64,000 bases of DNA. Origin: an uncultured Bacteroidia bacterium (lineage in GTDB: Bacteria > Bacteroidota > Bacteroidia > Bacteroidales > ML635J-15). Below, piece by piece: positions 16,268 to 25,843 of this stretch. Each line of letters opens with the position of its first letter. Positions within the stretch are counted from its first letter, which is position 1. Location: positions 154,709 to 218,708 of the forward strand of contig CACYQN010000006.1 of NCBI GenBank assembly GCA_902776565.1, written 5' to 3'. Under the pieces are notes generated by a model. It saw nothing but the letters and a program-made list of their open reading frames with translations. It was not told the origin of the DNA and ran no database searches. Both the position numbers and the translations under genes were made by a program.

Positions 16268-19048
16268 ATGGCTGACAAGGAATGCATAACGCTGAAAGGC
16301 GTAAGGGTTAACAACCTGAAGAACATAACTATCGAAATACCACGCAATAAGCTTGTTGTAATCACTGGATTGTCCGGTTCGGGCAAATCGTCGCTGGCAT
16401 TCGACACGCTGTTTGCCGAAGGGCAACGCCGCTACGTCGAGAGCCTGTCGTCGTACGCGCGACAGTTCCTTGGAAAGATGCACAAGCCCGAAGTCGATTT
16501 CATAGACGGCATTCCACCCACGATAGCAATACGACAAAAGGTCAACACACGCAACCCACGTTCCACAGTCGGCACATCCACCGAAATATACGACTACCTG
16601 AAACTTCTGTTCGCCCGCATCGGTAAGACCTACTCGCCAATTTCTGGCTGCGAGGTAAAAAGCCACAACACCAACGATGTAATAAACGCAATAACATCAA
16701 TGCCCGAAGGCACAAAGGTGCTCATTTGCTTTCCCTACACCTTTAATAAAAAACAGAAGAAAGGCGAACAACTTCTGCTCATATCGAAACAAGGCTATGT
16801 CAGGTTTGTTGACGACGGCAAACTGCTGCGCACCGATGAAGTTTCCGATGTCAATTCACTTGGAGACACAATACACATTGTCCTAGACAGACTGACGGTC
16901 AAACCTGAAGACACTTTGGTCGGACGTATTGCCGATTCGGTTCAAACCGCATTCTATGAAGGAAAAGGCGAATGCTTTGTGTATGAATACGGAGAAATGC
17001 TAAAGCAGCATTCTTTCTCCAACCGCTTTGAGGCAGATGGAATTACCTTTGAACAACCATCGGTAAACCTTTTCAGTTTCAACAATCCTATCGGTGCTTG
17101 CCCCACCTGCGAAGGTTTTGGAAAAATTTTCGGCATCGACGAAGACCTTGTCATCCCCAACAAAGGAATGAGCGTTTACGAAGGTGCTGTTTTCTGCTGG
17201 CGGGGCGATGTGATGAAGCAGTGGAACCACGACTTTATGATAAAGTCCGCAAGAATTAACTTTCCGATTCATCGACCTTATTATCAGCTTACTGAAGCAG
17301 AAAAGGAAATACTTTGGAACGGAGACAAGAAGCACGACATCTATGGCATCAACGACTTCTTTGAATACCTTGAAACTCAAAAATATAAGATACAGAACCG
17401 CGTGATGATTTCGCGCTACAGAGGCAAGACAACCTGTCCCGACTGCAAGGGCAAACGTCTGAAAAAAGAAGCCATGTACGTGAAAATCAACGGCAAGAGC
17501 ATAGGCGACCTAATCGATATGCCAATTAGCGAACTTTGCAAGTTCTTCAACAATCTAAGCCTTTCAGCATTCGACGAGGAAGCATCGGCAAGAATCAGGA
17601 CGGAAATAAAAGTCCGCCTTGATGCAATGATGGAAGTAGGTCTTGGTTATCTAACGTTAAACCGCACAGCATCAACACTTTCGGGCGGAGAATCGCAACG
17701 TATGAACCTTGCCACTGTTTTCGGTTCGGGACTTGTCGGTTCGCTGTACGTCCTAGACGAACCGAGCATTGGTCTGCACGAACGCGACACGCAAAACCTT
17801 ATAACCATACTCAAGAAACTTCGCGACAAGAAGAACACGGTAGTTGTCGTTGAGCACGATGAAGCCATAATCCGTGCCGCCGACCACGTAATTGACATAG
17901 GTCCGCTTGCCGGTGAATTTGGCGGTGAAGTTGTATTCGAAGGCGACATCAAGAAGCTTGAAAAAGCAGACACACTTACCGCAAAATACCTTCGTGGCGA
18001 ACTGCAGAACCCAAAGAATGATACACCATTGAAGTGGCGCAACTCTATAAAGATTGAAGGCGCACGCTACAACAATCTGAAAAACATAACGGTAACTTTC
18101 CCGCTCAACGTTGCAACAGTAATCACAGGCGTAAGCGGTTCGGGCAAGACAAGTCTTGTAAAAGGCATCCTCTACCCTGCCATACGTCGCGAACTCGGCG
18201 TTTCGGCAGACAAGGCCGGCGACTTTGATAAGATTTCGGGAGACCTCAAGATGATAAAGAATATCGAGTTTGTTGACCAGAATCCGATTGCAAAGTCAAG
18301 TCGTTCAAATCCAGCCATCTACATCAAGGCATTCGACGAGATACGAAAACTTTTCGCCGAGCAGAAAACAGCGAAACTCAACGGACTGAAAGCCTCGCAT
18401 TTCTCGTTTAACACCGAAGGCGGACGTTGCGAAGTTTGTCAGGGCGAAGGCGAAATAACCGTCGAGATGCAGTTTATGTCCGACATACACCTTGTGTGTG
18501 AAGCCTGCAACGGAAAGCGTTTCAAGGACGAAATTCTTGAAATAAAGTACCGAGACAAAAACATCTACGACATTCTTGAAATGAGCATCGAGGAAGCTGT
18601 GGAATTCTTCTCGCAGAGCGACGGCAAACTGGAGAAGAATATCGTTTCGTTGTTGCAGAACTACATAAACGTCGGACTTGGCTACCTGAAGATGGGACAG
18701 CCGTCGAGTACACTCAGTGGCGGTGAAAGCCAGCGAATTAAATTGGCGACCTTCCTCAGTATGGAAAACGCAGAGCCGACGATTTTCATATTCGACGAAC
18801 CGACCACAGGTCTTCATTTCCACGACATCAACAAGTTGCTGAAAGCAATGGAAAGTATGCGCACAAAGGGACACACGCTCATCATCATCGAGCACAATCC
18901 CGAAATCATCAAGTTTGCCGACTGGATTATCGACCTTGGCCCCGACGGTGGTGAAAACGGAGGAAACCTTGTTTTCGAAGGCACACCTGCCGACCTGTTG
19001 AAATGCAAGGAATCAATTACTGGGAAATTTTTGAAGAAGTTTATATAG
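16268..19048 (+). CDS. uvrA: Excinuclease ABC subunit A
   Basis: [38 protein letters not shown], two ABC signature/Walker sets, and zinc-finger Cys pairs. At 926 aa it may be a UvrA paralog. Confidence 0.9.
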   Translation: MADKECITLKGVRVNNLKNITIEIPRNKLVVITGLSGSGKSSLAFDTLFAEGQRRYVESLSSYARQFLGKMHKPEVDFIDGIPPTIAIRQKVNTRNPRSTVGTSTEIYDYLKLLFARIGKTYSPISGCEVKSHNTNDVINAITSMPEGTKVLICFPYTFNKKQKKGEQLLLISKQGYVRFVDDGKLLRTDEVSDVNSLGDTIHIVLDRLTVKPEDTLVGRIADSVQTAFYEGKGECFVYEYGEMLKQHSFSNRFEADGITFEQPSVNLFSFNNPIGACPTCEGFGKIFGIDEDLVIPNKGMSVYEGAVFCWRGDVMKQWNHDFMIKSARINFPIHRPYYQLTEAEKEILWNGDKKHDIYGINDFFEYLETQKYKIQNRVMISRYRGKTTCPDCKGKRLKKEAMYVKINGKSIGDLIDMPISELCKFFNNLSLSAFDEEASARIRTEIKVRLDAMMEVGLGYLTLNRTASTLSGGESQRMNLATVFGSGLVGSLYVLDEPSIGLHERDTQNLITILKKLRDKKNTVVVVEHDEAIIRAADHVIDIGPLAGEFGGEVVFEGDIKKLEKADTLTAKYLRGELQNPKNDTPLKWRNSIKIEGARYNNLKNITVTFPLNVATVITGVSGSGKTSLVKGILYPAIRRELGVSADKAGDFDKISGDLKMIKNIEFVDQNPIAKSSRSNPAIYIKAFDEIRKLFAEQKTAKLNGLKASHFSFNTEGGRCEVCQGEGEITVEMQFMSDIHLVCEACNGKRFKDEILEIKYRDKNIYDILEMSIEEAVEFFSQSDGKLEKNIVSLLQNYINVGLGYLKMGQPSSTLSGGESQRIKLATFLSMENAEPTIFIFDEPTTGLHFHDINKLLKAMESMRTKGHTLIIIEHNPEIIKFADWIIDLGPDGGENGGNLVFEGTPADLLKCKESITGKFLKKFI

Positions 19049-19060
19049 GAGAACAATATT

Positions 19061-19291
19061 ATGCAAGAAAAAATCATTGAAATTCTAAAAAAGTACACTT
19101 TTGACGAGAAAGTATGGGAAAATTTCACCCCCGAAATGAACCTGAAAGACGACCTGAAGATTAATTCTGCACGCGTTGTTGACATTGTCCTCGACCTTGA
19201 AGAATGTTTCGACATCGAAATCAGCGACGAAGACATCGAAAAAATGAAGACAGTAAAGGATGTGATTGAAACTGTTGAGAGAAAGAATTAA
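19061..19291 (+). CDS. Acyl carrier protein-like small acidic protein
   Basis: 76 aa. DLKINSARVVDIVLDLEECFDIEISDEDIEKMKTVKDVIETV resembles the ACP helix II region, with Ser in NSA replacing the canonical DSL. Confidence 0.55.
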   Translation: MQEKIIEILKKYTFDEKVWENFTPEMNLKDDLKINSARVVDIVLDLEECFDIEISDEDIEKMKTVKDVIETVERKN

Positions 19292-19293
19292 AT

Positions 19294-22200
19294 CTACCTC
19301 TTTATCGTAACACATCCCTTCAAGGGAACAATTCCTTCGCCAAGATAGATGACATACCAGTATGAATCGCTTGCAAGCGGACGACCACCGTATATGCCAT
19401 CCCATTCGCAGATAGCACCCTTTGAACTGAATACCTGCTTTCCATAGCGGTCATATACCGAAACCTTGGAATCGGGATACAAGTAAAGACCGGTCACAAT
19501 CCAAGTGTCGTTGAAGCCATCGCCGTTCGGAGTGAAGAACGAGGGGATTCCGAGCGAAGCGTCAAGATAAGTCTGCATCTGGTCGTAGCAATGGTTATTA
19601 TCCTGAACCATAATATCATAGAAATCAGAAGGCAAATCATCGAAGATGTTTGACGACTGCCAGGTCTTTCCATCTGCAGAATAGTAATATGGAGGCGTTC
19701 CTCCTTGAACATCAACGATTACAAGTCCTTTTCCAGATGTAATCTTAATAATCTCGGGATAGTTGTCGGAAAAACGAGCCCTCATAGAAGTGCTTGCTGT
19801 ACAACCGTTTGTACTTGTAACACTAACCGAATAATAACCACCGGGATTAGCAATGTCAATATACGGATTTGCCGAGCCATCGTTCCATGCATAAGTTTCG
19901 TAGGTTGTGTTCAGGTAAAGTCGGCGCGACTGAAGTCCGCAAAATACCGTATCATCGCCAAAGTATGGCTCGACAATATAATTCTTGGTTGCATTTACAT
20001 TGTCGCTGATAGTACATCCACTGGCATCGGTTACCGTAACAGAATAGAAACCAGACGAATATATATCTATTGACGGCGAGCTTTCGCCCGTATTCCAAAT
20101 GTATGACAGATAATTATTTCTCGACGACAATGTTGCATAATCCTCGCAGAAATTAAGATTGTCAGGAAGTCCAAAAGGAGGTACACTAATAACATTAATA
20201 TGAACCGTATCGGCATTGGAACATCCATATTTATTTGTTACCACAAGCCAGTATGTACCGCTTCTATCGACAGCAATAGTAGAGTTTGTCTCGTTATTAT
20301 TCCAACGGAAAGTGCAATTCTGGTATGATTCAGACGACGACAACAAAACCTTGCCATCTGTACAATATGTTGTATCTGCACCCAAATTTACTATTGGTGC
20401 GTCAATCATTTCAACATTTATGAAATCGGTAGCCTTGCACGAATTAGCGTCCGAAGCCACAACGGTAAGCGGTCCATTTGTCGAAACCCAGACGGAACGG
20501 CCTTCTGCACCATTGCTCCAAGAGTATGCGGCAAAACCATCCGGCGCGGTAACCCTAACGCTATCGCCTTCACAATAATATGTATCGGCACCTAGTTCGA
20601 TAGTCGGACGCGGATACTTGTGAGTCGTAATAGTGTCATAATAGTAGCAGATGCCATTGTATGCCTTTACCCAGAATGTATATTCTATAGGTGTTGTAAA
20701 AGTAGGGGAACTAATTCCATTCGACCAATAGTACGACAGGAAACCGCTCGCCTCAATGGTTAGCATCTCGTCGGGACAGAAATAATAGTCCGTCTGCGGC
20801 AACACGTCAATATTTGGATATTGCGAAACACTGAACATTGCCGAAGCCGTGCACGAATTGGCAGAAGTTATTGTTACTGAATAAGTTCCTGGTCTATGAA
20901 TAGAAATTTCGCGCGTATTTGCACCTGTGTTCCAGACATACGACGACATACCTTCGTTGACTGCAACCTGAACAGTATCACTTGGACACAAGGTCGGAAT
21001 GCTTGGCAACATAACCACAGGAGGCTGCGGAGGCGACAAAGTCAACGAAGTAGTAATGTAGCAACGGGCATTGTCAACAACTGTCAACGAATAGGTTCCT
21101 GCCGAAACACCCGTCAAAGTCTCAAAAGTGGAGCCGTTCGACCAGTAATACAAGAAAGGAGCCTCTCCCCCCTCGACATCAATGCTTGCACCCATACCAT
21201 TTGCACTACAGCCAGTACTTATGATATCCGTTTGTCCGAAACTCATGTAGCGTTCAAACTTTATAATTAACGCATCATCCTGACCATTAGATGTTTCCGT
21301 GTCGGCATTCATTGTGATGCTCGAAGCAAATCCGCCTCCGGCGACAAGATTATTTGCATAATCTATTGCAATGGAATTTATATAGTTGGTATTATTCTGG
21401 TTTCCAAAGATGCGCATATTTACGTTTCCGTCAGAACCATACCTTATTATATAAAAGTCGCGTCCACTGCCGCTCGATGTAGAAGCCTCGGAACCGAATT
21501 CAATAGTTCCCGAATAACCACCAGCAACGTATGTATTTCCATTCTGGTCACATAATATATCGCCAACTTCAAGCGTTCCTGTTCCCGAAAATGCTATTGT
21601 ACCCTGCGAAACTCCCGATGACGAAAACTTTACAATGAACGGATTTGAATTAGTCTGCTTATATGCCATATATACATCACCAGCAGAGGTAACACCCAAA
21701 GCCCTTATGCTGTCGTTTCCTGAAGCTCCTCGTTGCACAGCCCACTGTACGGCACCCGACGAGTCAAATTTAGCAAGGTAAACATTAATGTCGTTTGGCG
21801 ACTGCAAATTGCTGCCTCCCATAGAAATAGACCCTTTGAACTCTGCTGCCAAATAAACATTGCCGGCATTGTCACATGTGACCCGACGGCCATAGTCATG
21901 CGACGAGGATGCGTTCGTCATTGACCACAAAACATTTCCTTCGCTATCAAACTTCACAAGGAAAGCATCATTTGCACCTCTGGCGTTCTGAAACATAGAA
22001 GTCGAACTGATTTGCAATGCATAATTGAAATACCCCGTGACAATGACATTGTTGCTTCCATCAACAACGACATCGTATGCATTGTCATCGTTGATACACC
22101 CTAACGTCCTAACATAAAGCATGTTTCCATCATTATCAAGTTTCAAGAGGAAACCATCCTTAGAGCCCAGCGATGGAAAACGATTGCCGTCAAAAGCTGT

Positions 22201-22593
22201 ATTATCATTTGAAAGACCAGCCACATAAACATTTCCATCAGCATCTACGGCAATAGCGTTTGCCTGTTCTACAGCATTGCTACCACCGCTTTTCAGCCAC
22301 AATACAGAACCTTCGGGAGACATCTTGGCAACATAGAAATCGGTATTTCCTTCCGACACCACAGTATTTCCATCAACGGAAAGCGTTTCTGCAAAAGTTC
22401 CTGCAAAGTAAATGTTACCAGCATTGTCAACGGCCACATCCGAAACAAACTCAGCATTGGCATTGCCATAGCTCTTCATCCACGAATAGCCTATACGGTC
22501 GCTACAGTCGATACTGTCGCCCGCATGCTGAGAAAACACAGGTACGAAGCACAAAACAAACAATATCAACGCAATAATCTTCTTCATAGGCAT
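19294..22593 (-). CDS. Large secreted protein with beta-propeller-like repeats, Ig-like repeats and a T9SS type B C-terminal sorting domain
   Basis: C-terminus IPSFFTPNGDGFNDTWIVTGLYLYPDSKVSVYDRYGKQVF...WDG matches the gliding-motility (CHU_C / type B) CTD. A signal peptide is present. Repeated NAGNVY / DGNVYV motifs. Confidence 0.8.
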   Translation of the reverse strand: MPMKKIIALILFVLCFVPVFSQHAGDSIDCSDRIGYSWMKSYGNANAEFVSDVAVDNAGNIYFAGTFAETLSVDGNTVVSEGNTDFYVAKMSPEGSVLWLKSGGSNAVEQANAIAVDADGNVYVAGLSNDNTAFDGNRFPSLGSKDGFLLKLDNDGNMLYVRTLGCINDDNAYDVVVDGSNNVIVTGYFNYALQISSTSMFQNARGANDAFLVKFDSEGNVLWSMTNASSSHDYGRRVTCDNAGNVYLAAEFKGSISMGGSNLQSPNDINVYLAKFDSSGAVQWAVQRGASGNDSIRALGVTSAGDVYMAYKQTNSNPFIVKFSSSGVSQGTIAFSGTGTLEVGDILCDQNGNTYVAGGYSGTIEFGSEASTSSGSGRDFYIIRYGSDGNVNMRIFGNQNNTNYINSIAIDYANNLVAGGGFASSITMNADTETSNGQDDALIIKFERYMSFGQTDIISTGCSANGMGASIDVEGGEAPFLYYWSNGSTFETLTGVSAGTYSLTVVDNARCYITTSLTLSPPQPPVVMLPSIPTLCPSDTVQVAVNEGMSSYVWNTGANTREISIHRPGTYSVTITSANSCTASAMFSVSQYPNIDVLPQTDYYFCPDEMLTIEASGFLSYYWSNGISSPTFTTPIEYTFWVKAYNGICYYYDTITTHKYPRPTIELGADTYYCEGDSVRVTAPDGFAAYSWSNGAEGRSVWVSTNGPLTVVASDANSCKATDFINVEMIDAPIVNLGADTTYCTDGKVLLSSSESYQNCTFRWNNNETNSTIAVDRSGTYWLVVTNKYGCSNADTVHINVISVPPFGLPDNLNFCEDYATLSSRNNYLSYIWNTGESSPSIDIYSSGFYSVTVTDASGCTISDNVNATKNYIVEPYFGDDTVFCGLQSRRLYLNTTYETYAWNDGSANPYIDIANPGGYYSVSVTSTNGCTASTSMRARFSDNYPEIIKITSGKGLVIVDVQGGTPPYYYSADGKTWQSSNIFDDLPSDFYDIMVQDNNHCYDQMQTYLDASLGIPSFFTPNGDGFNDTWIVTGLYLYPDSKVSVYDRYGKQVFSSKGAICEWDGIYGGRPLASDSYWYVIYLGEGIVPLKGCVTIKR

Positions 22594-22596
22594 ATT

Positions 22597-23637
22597 CTAA
22601 AAGTCATAAACCATTGATGCAACATTATGCTTGTCCAAAGTAGTAAACTTGTCGCGATACAGACGGAATCCCAACGCAATCTGATGAGAACCAAAATTAT
22701 ACCGCTGCAATCCGGTAAGTCCGATTTCACACAGATACGAAACGGAAATATTCTTTACAATAAAGCCGACCATTGGCGAGATTGACAACGGACTAACATT
22801 TCCGACATCAAGCGTCTGCTTATAAGTAAGTCCAATCACGACCTCATTTTCATCCTTTGTATAGACAGTCCTAATTTTTTTGCCAGAAAGAAGCTTAAAG
22901 CGTACGCCAAGGTCCATCTGGTTCATATTCTTCATGTTAGTCTTGAATATAACAAGCGGAGCAAGTTGCATGTTACTCATCAGCCAGAATGTTTTTCCAG
23001 CATGGACATTCATATTGACGCTCAACGAACGTTCAAGCCGTTGATTATAGGCAGGGCAAGTCCACTGCAACAAGTTGTCGAAACTTACGCCAGCAATCAA
23101 TCCGCCATGTGTCAGCAACACGCCGAAATTGGCATCGTAACCGAAATAATTCTTGGTGCTATAATCTACAATCGGGTCGTATATGTCCCTGTCGAAACGA
23201 CTTTCATCGTATGTATGCATAAATACGGTAGCACCGAACCCAAACGAAAGAATCGTCTTAATATTTCGTTTTGTCCGCATAAGGAACTGGAACGAACCGT
23301 TCACCTGCAAACCAGTCTGCGAATTCACACCATTCTTATCGGTATAAAGGAAACCGCCAAGTCCTCCGTCGCGTGCCTTGAAACGAGAACGGAACATCAG
23401 AAAAGTCGTGCTTGGAGTTTTTTCCGGACCAAAACCTATCCATTGCTGACGGTGAGCAGCCTTTACCTGTATCATATCAACCAAACCCGTAAAAGCGGGA
23501 TTCAGCAAAGTATTATCGAACACATACTGCTCATACACAGGAGCATCCTGCGCAAAAGTCCTTGCTTCCGCCAAAACAAGCGGAAACAGAATCACCAGTA
23601 ATATTCGCCATGCCTTACGCATAAATGGTTTTTCCAA
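22597..23637 (-). CDS. PorP/SprF-family T9SS outer-membrane protein
   Basis: N-terminal YEQYVFDNTLLNPAFTG motif. Beta-barrel-like composition with a C-terminal aromatic residue. Lies 3 nt upstream of its type B cargo gene. Confidence 0.8.
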   Translation of the reverse strand: MEKPFMRKAWRILLVILFPLVLAEARTFAQDAPVYEQYVFDNTLLNPAFTGLVDMIQVKAAHRQQWIGFGPEKTPSTTFLMFRSRFKARDGGLGGFLYTDKNGVNSQTGLQVNGSFQFLMRTKRNIKTILSFGFGATVFMHTYDESRFDRDIYDPIVDYSTKNYFGYDANFGVLLTHGGLIAGVSFDNLLQWTCPAYNQRLERSLSVNMNVHAGKTFWLMSNMQLAPLVIFKTNMKNMNQMDLGVRFKLLSGKKIRTVYTKDENEVVIGLTYKQTLDVGNVSPLSISPMVGFIVKNISVSYLCEIGLTGLQRYNFGSHQIALGFRLYRDKFTTLDKHNVASMVYDF

Positions 23638-23646
23638 TATAAACTA

Positions 23647-23654
23647 CAAAGGTA
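23647..23654 (-). promoter_or_regulatory. -7 promoter box TACCTTTG (porP/sprF-cargo operon)
   Basis: Exact TAnnTTTG on the minus strand, 10 nt upstream of ATG 23637. Confidence 0.45.
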
Positions 23655-23731
23655 GCATTTTATTTTATACGGGGGAACGAGAGTGCGAAAAAAAGATTAA
23701 AAGGCTAACAGGCTCGCAGACTGCAATGGAC

Positions 23732-23915
23732 TGCACATACTTTCTTTTTTCGCAAAGGTAATAAATTTATTCATCGCTGTCGGATATTTGGTTTTGAATT
23801 TGGAAACAAAAAACTCGGCAAGCACATACGCAACTGCCGAGTTGATTATTTCCAGTTATTGTCATTGTTCAAGTCAGAGCCTTTGGTTACTTCGTAATAA
23901 ACAAGAGCCTACAAC
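23732..23915 (-). repeat. Downstream copy of the ~185-nt direct repeat bracketing the toxin cassette
   Basis: TGCACATACTTTCTTTTTT(C/T)GCAAAGGTAATAAATTT..ATTCATCGCTGTCGGATATTTGGTTTTGAATTTGGAAACAAAAAA...CAACTGCCGAGTTGATTATTTCC recurs at 24802-24988. The core is near-identical and the tail is more diverged. Confidence 0.85.
23807..23842 (-). terminator. Rho-independent terminator downstream of the toxin gene (inside the repeat copy)
   Basis: Minus strand: ACTCGGCA-loop-TGCCGAGT followed by TTTTTTG. Confidence 0.7.
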
Positions 23916-23923
23916 AAACACGA

Positions 23924-24529
23924 TTACCTTTTTAATAAATCAGCAAATAATTTCTCAAAATGTTCCTTAAACCATAATGGTGGATTATTTGTTACCTCGT
24001 GAATGCCATCTCTGCCAATGTGCAAAGCGACAACCTTTCCGAAATCTGAATTACCATCAATAAAAGTAATATTATCAAAAAGGCTTAAATTTTCTTTTGT
24101 TTTCTTCAAACCTTCATTAAAATTAAACCTAATCACATCGTCGTTAACATCATGTCCTCCAGTCTGATACCTCTGAATTACACGACAGACACTCTCATCT
24201 TCGGAATATAAACCGAAATAATACATCGAAATCTTAAAGTTTGCTTCCTTGAATTCCAATATCATATTTAGAACCAACTCGCTTGAAAAGTTCGTTTCAA
24301 ATGCAAAATCCGATTTATGTTCAATGGCATAATTCTTCTGCTTTTCCAATTCAGATGCAACCGTACCACTTATCCAATGTTCTGGCCAATCGGGATGCTC
24401 CTTGCGAAGATTCATTGCCAGTTTGTCTCCATCGAACGATTTGGTTCCGATATAAAATGGACAAAGCCGACTTTTTCCTGCCCCATTTGGACCAGCTACT
24501 ATTGTAAACTCCGGTCTTTTCTCCATCAC
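23924..24529 (-). CDS. Zeta-toxin / COG4185-like P-loop kinase (putative toxin)
   Basis: Walker A TIVAGPNGAGKSRL, FAFETNFSS block, RYQTGGHDVNDDVIRFNF block. The start is GTG 24529 or ATG 24526, immediately after the TAG of the upstream ORF. Confidence 0.7.
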   Translation of the reverse strand: MMEKRPEFTIVAGPNGAGKSRLCPFYIGTKSFDGDKLAMNLRKEHPDWPEHWISGTVASELEKQKNYAIEHKSDFAFETNFSSELVLNMILEFKEANFKISMYYFGLYSEDESVCRVIQRYQTGGHDVNDDVIRFNFNEGLKKTKENLSLFDNITFIDGNSDFGKVVALHIGRDGIHEVTNNPPLWFKEHFEKLFADLLKR

Positions 24530-24808
24530 CTATAATTTAATATGGGCAAATCTACCGCATCCGGGCTGTGCCGTGCGCATAATTATATTATATGTGCGAG
24601 TATTGCGATCAAGAATTACTTTATCTTCGCTACCATCAGGATTTGCAAGATATATTGAACCATCATCTCCGAAAAATGGTACGGAAAAACCTTTCAGCCA
24701 CGATTCTGCATAAATACGCTCAATCTCACGCCGAACCTCTTCGTTTACTTCCTTCACGGTTTTGCCATTCTGCAATTCAATATTTTCTATATCGCTGTAT
24801 TTGCACAT
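24530..24808 (-). CDS. 92-aa protein of unknown function, putative cognate antitoxin
   Basis: Directly abuts the toxin gene (stop TAG followed by GTGATG) and has its own TACCTTTG -7 box 15 nt upstream. No recognisable motif. Confidence 0.5.
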   Translation of the reverse strand: MCKYSDIENIELQNGKTVKEVNEEVRREIERIYAESWLKGFSVPFFGDDGSIYLANPDGSEDKVILDRNTRTYNIIMRTAQPGCGRFAHIKL

Positions 24809-24822
24809 ACTTTCTTTTTTTG

Positions 24823-24830
24823 CAAAGGTA
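24823..24830 (-). promoter_or_regulatory. -7 promoter box TACCTTTG (92-aa ORF / toxin operon)
   Basis: Exact TAnnTTTG on the minus strand, 15 nt upstream of ATG 24808. A duplicate box lies in the other repeat copy at about 23752-23759. Confidence 0.5.
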
Positions 24831-24880
24831 ATAAATTTTATTCATCGCTGTCGGATATTTGGTTTTGAATTTGGAAACAA

Positions 24881-24916
24881 AAAAAAACTCAGCAGCCACA
24901 GACGCAACTGCCGAGT
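24881..24916 (-). terminator. Rho-independent terminator downstream of the 233-aa membrane protein gene (inside the repeat copy)
   Basis: Minus strand: ACTCGGCA...TGCTGAGT (one mismatch) followed by a T-run. Confidence 0.6.
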
Positions 24917-25081
24917 TGATTATTTCCTATTATTGTCTTTATTAAAGGCAGAGCCTTGTATTTGATTCGTAGAAGGCAAGAGCTAACATCGTGCAAATAT
25001 TTTTTTGGGGGGCTAACTCGGCTAAAAGGCTAAAAGACAACTAGACTGTTAGACTGTAAGCCTGTTAGACCATCAGACTTT

Positions 25082-25783
25082 CTACCCTTTCCTTAAATTT
25101 GCAATCGACAGCATCACGCCCAATACCACGCCGAGCAAGGCTGCAAAAAGCACCTGCAAGTTGGCGGGAAGCAGGAAGGTTATCGTATGCGCCGGGAACC
25201 AGAACAGCGGTATGTACTTCTTGAAAACCAAGCTCCACTGCGCCTTCCAGTTCAAACCGACGATAATCTGCTCCATCTTTATGGGACGGAAGAAACCGCG
25301 GAGAGTTCCACCGTTGTTAAGTATATGAGTGTCGGTAATCTTGTGCAAAGTCATAAATACCGGCGCGAAAATCGAGTTCATCGCCACACTGACAGCGAAA
25401 GCTACGCCAACCTTACCCCACGACAGTTCGCCAGCAAGCAGACCAGCCATCGTGCCTTTTTCGCATCCACCGACAATGTCAAGGAATGTCGGTACGCCCG
25501 ACTTGAAGATTATCATTGCCATGCAGATTCCCATACCGAGTATTCCCCACACAATTGCGCGTGGCAGTACGCCGAAACCTTTCTGGTTGTACACTCCCTT
25601 TGATATGCGCAAACCGAGCATCTCACCTACAGTCGCCAGTATCGCGAACTTGAAGAAACTCATTATGAACGGATGTGTCGCCGTCCACAGGTTGAAATAT
25701 TCGAGAAAGTGCGTCTGCGGAATGAAAAACGGTATCAGCACCACAATCACACAGATGATAAATATGAAATCTTGTTTTTTCAT
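25082..25783 (-). CDS. Polytopic membrane protein of unknown function
   Basis: 233 aa with about six hydrophobic segments. I do not recognise the family. Confidence 0.6.
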   Translation of the reverse strand: MKKQDFIFIICVIVVLIPFFIPQTHFLEYFNLWTATHPFIMSFFKFAILATVGEMLGLRISKGVYNQKGFGVLPRAIVWGILGMGICMAMIIFKSGVPTFLDIVGGCEKGTMAGLLAGELSWGKVGVAFAVSVAMNSIFAPVFMTLHKITDTHILNNGGTLRGFFRPIKMEQIIVGLNWKAQWSLVFKKYIPLFWFPAHTITFLLPANLQVLFAALLGVVLGVMLSIANLRKG

Positions 25784-25843
25784 TATTTTGTTTTTATAAG
25801 TTGTTCATTATTAAAAGCATGGGCACATTGAACGATTATTTGA

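Larger units (their letters stand above)
24802..24988 (-). repeat. Upstream copy of the ~185-nt direct repeat bracketing the toxin cassette
   Basis: See 23732-23915. This copy includes the first 7 nt (ATGTGCA) of the 92-aa ORF, its -7 box and a terminator hairpin. Confidence 0.85.
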
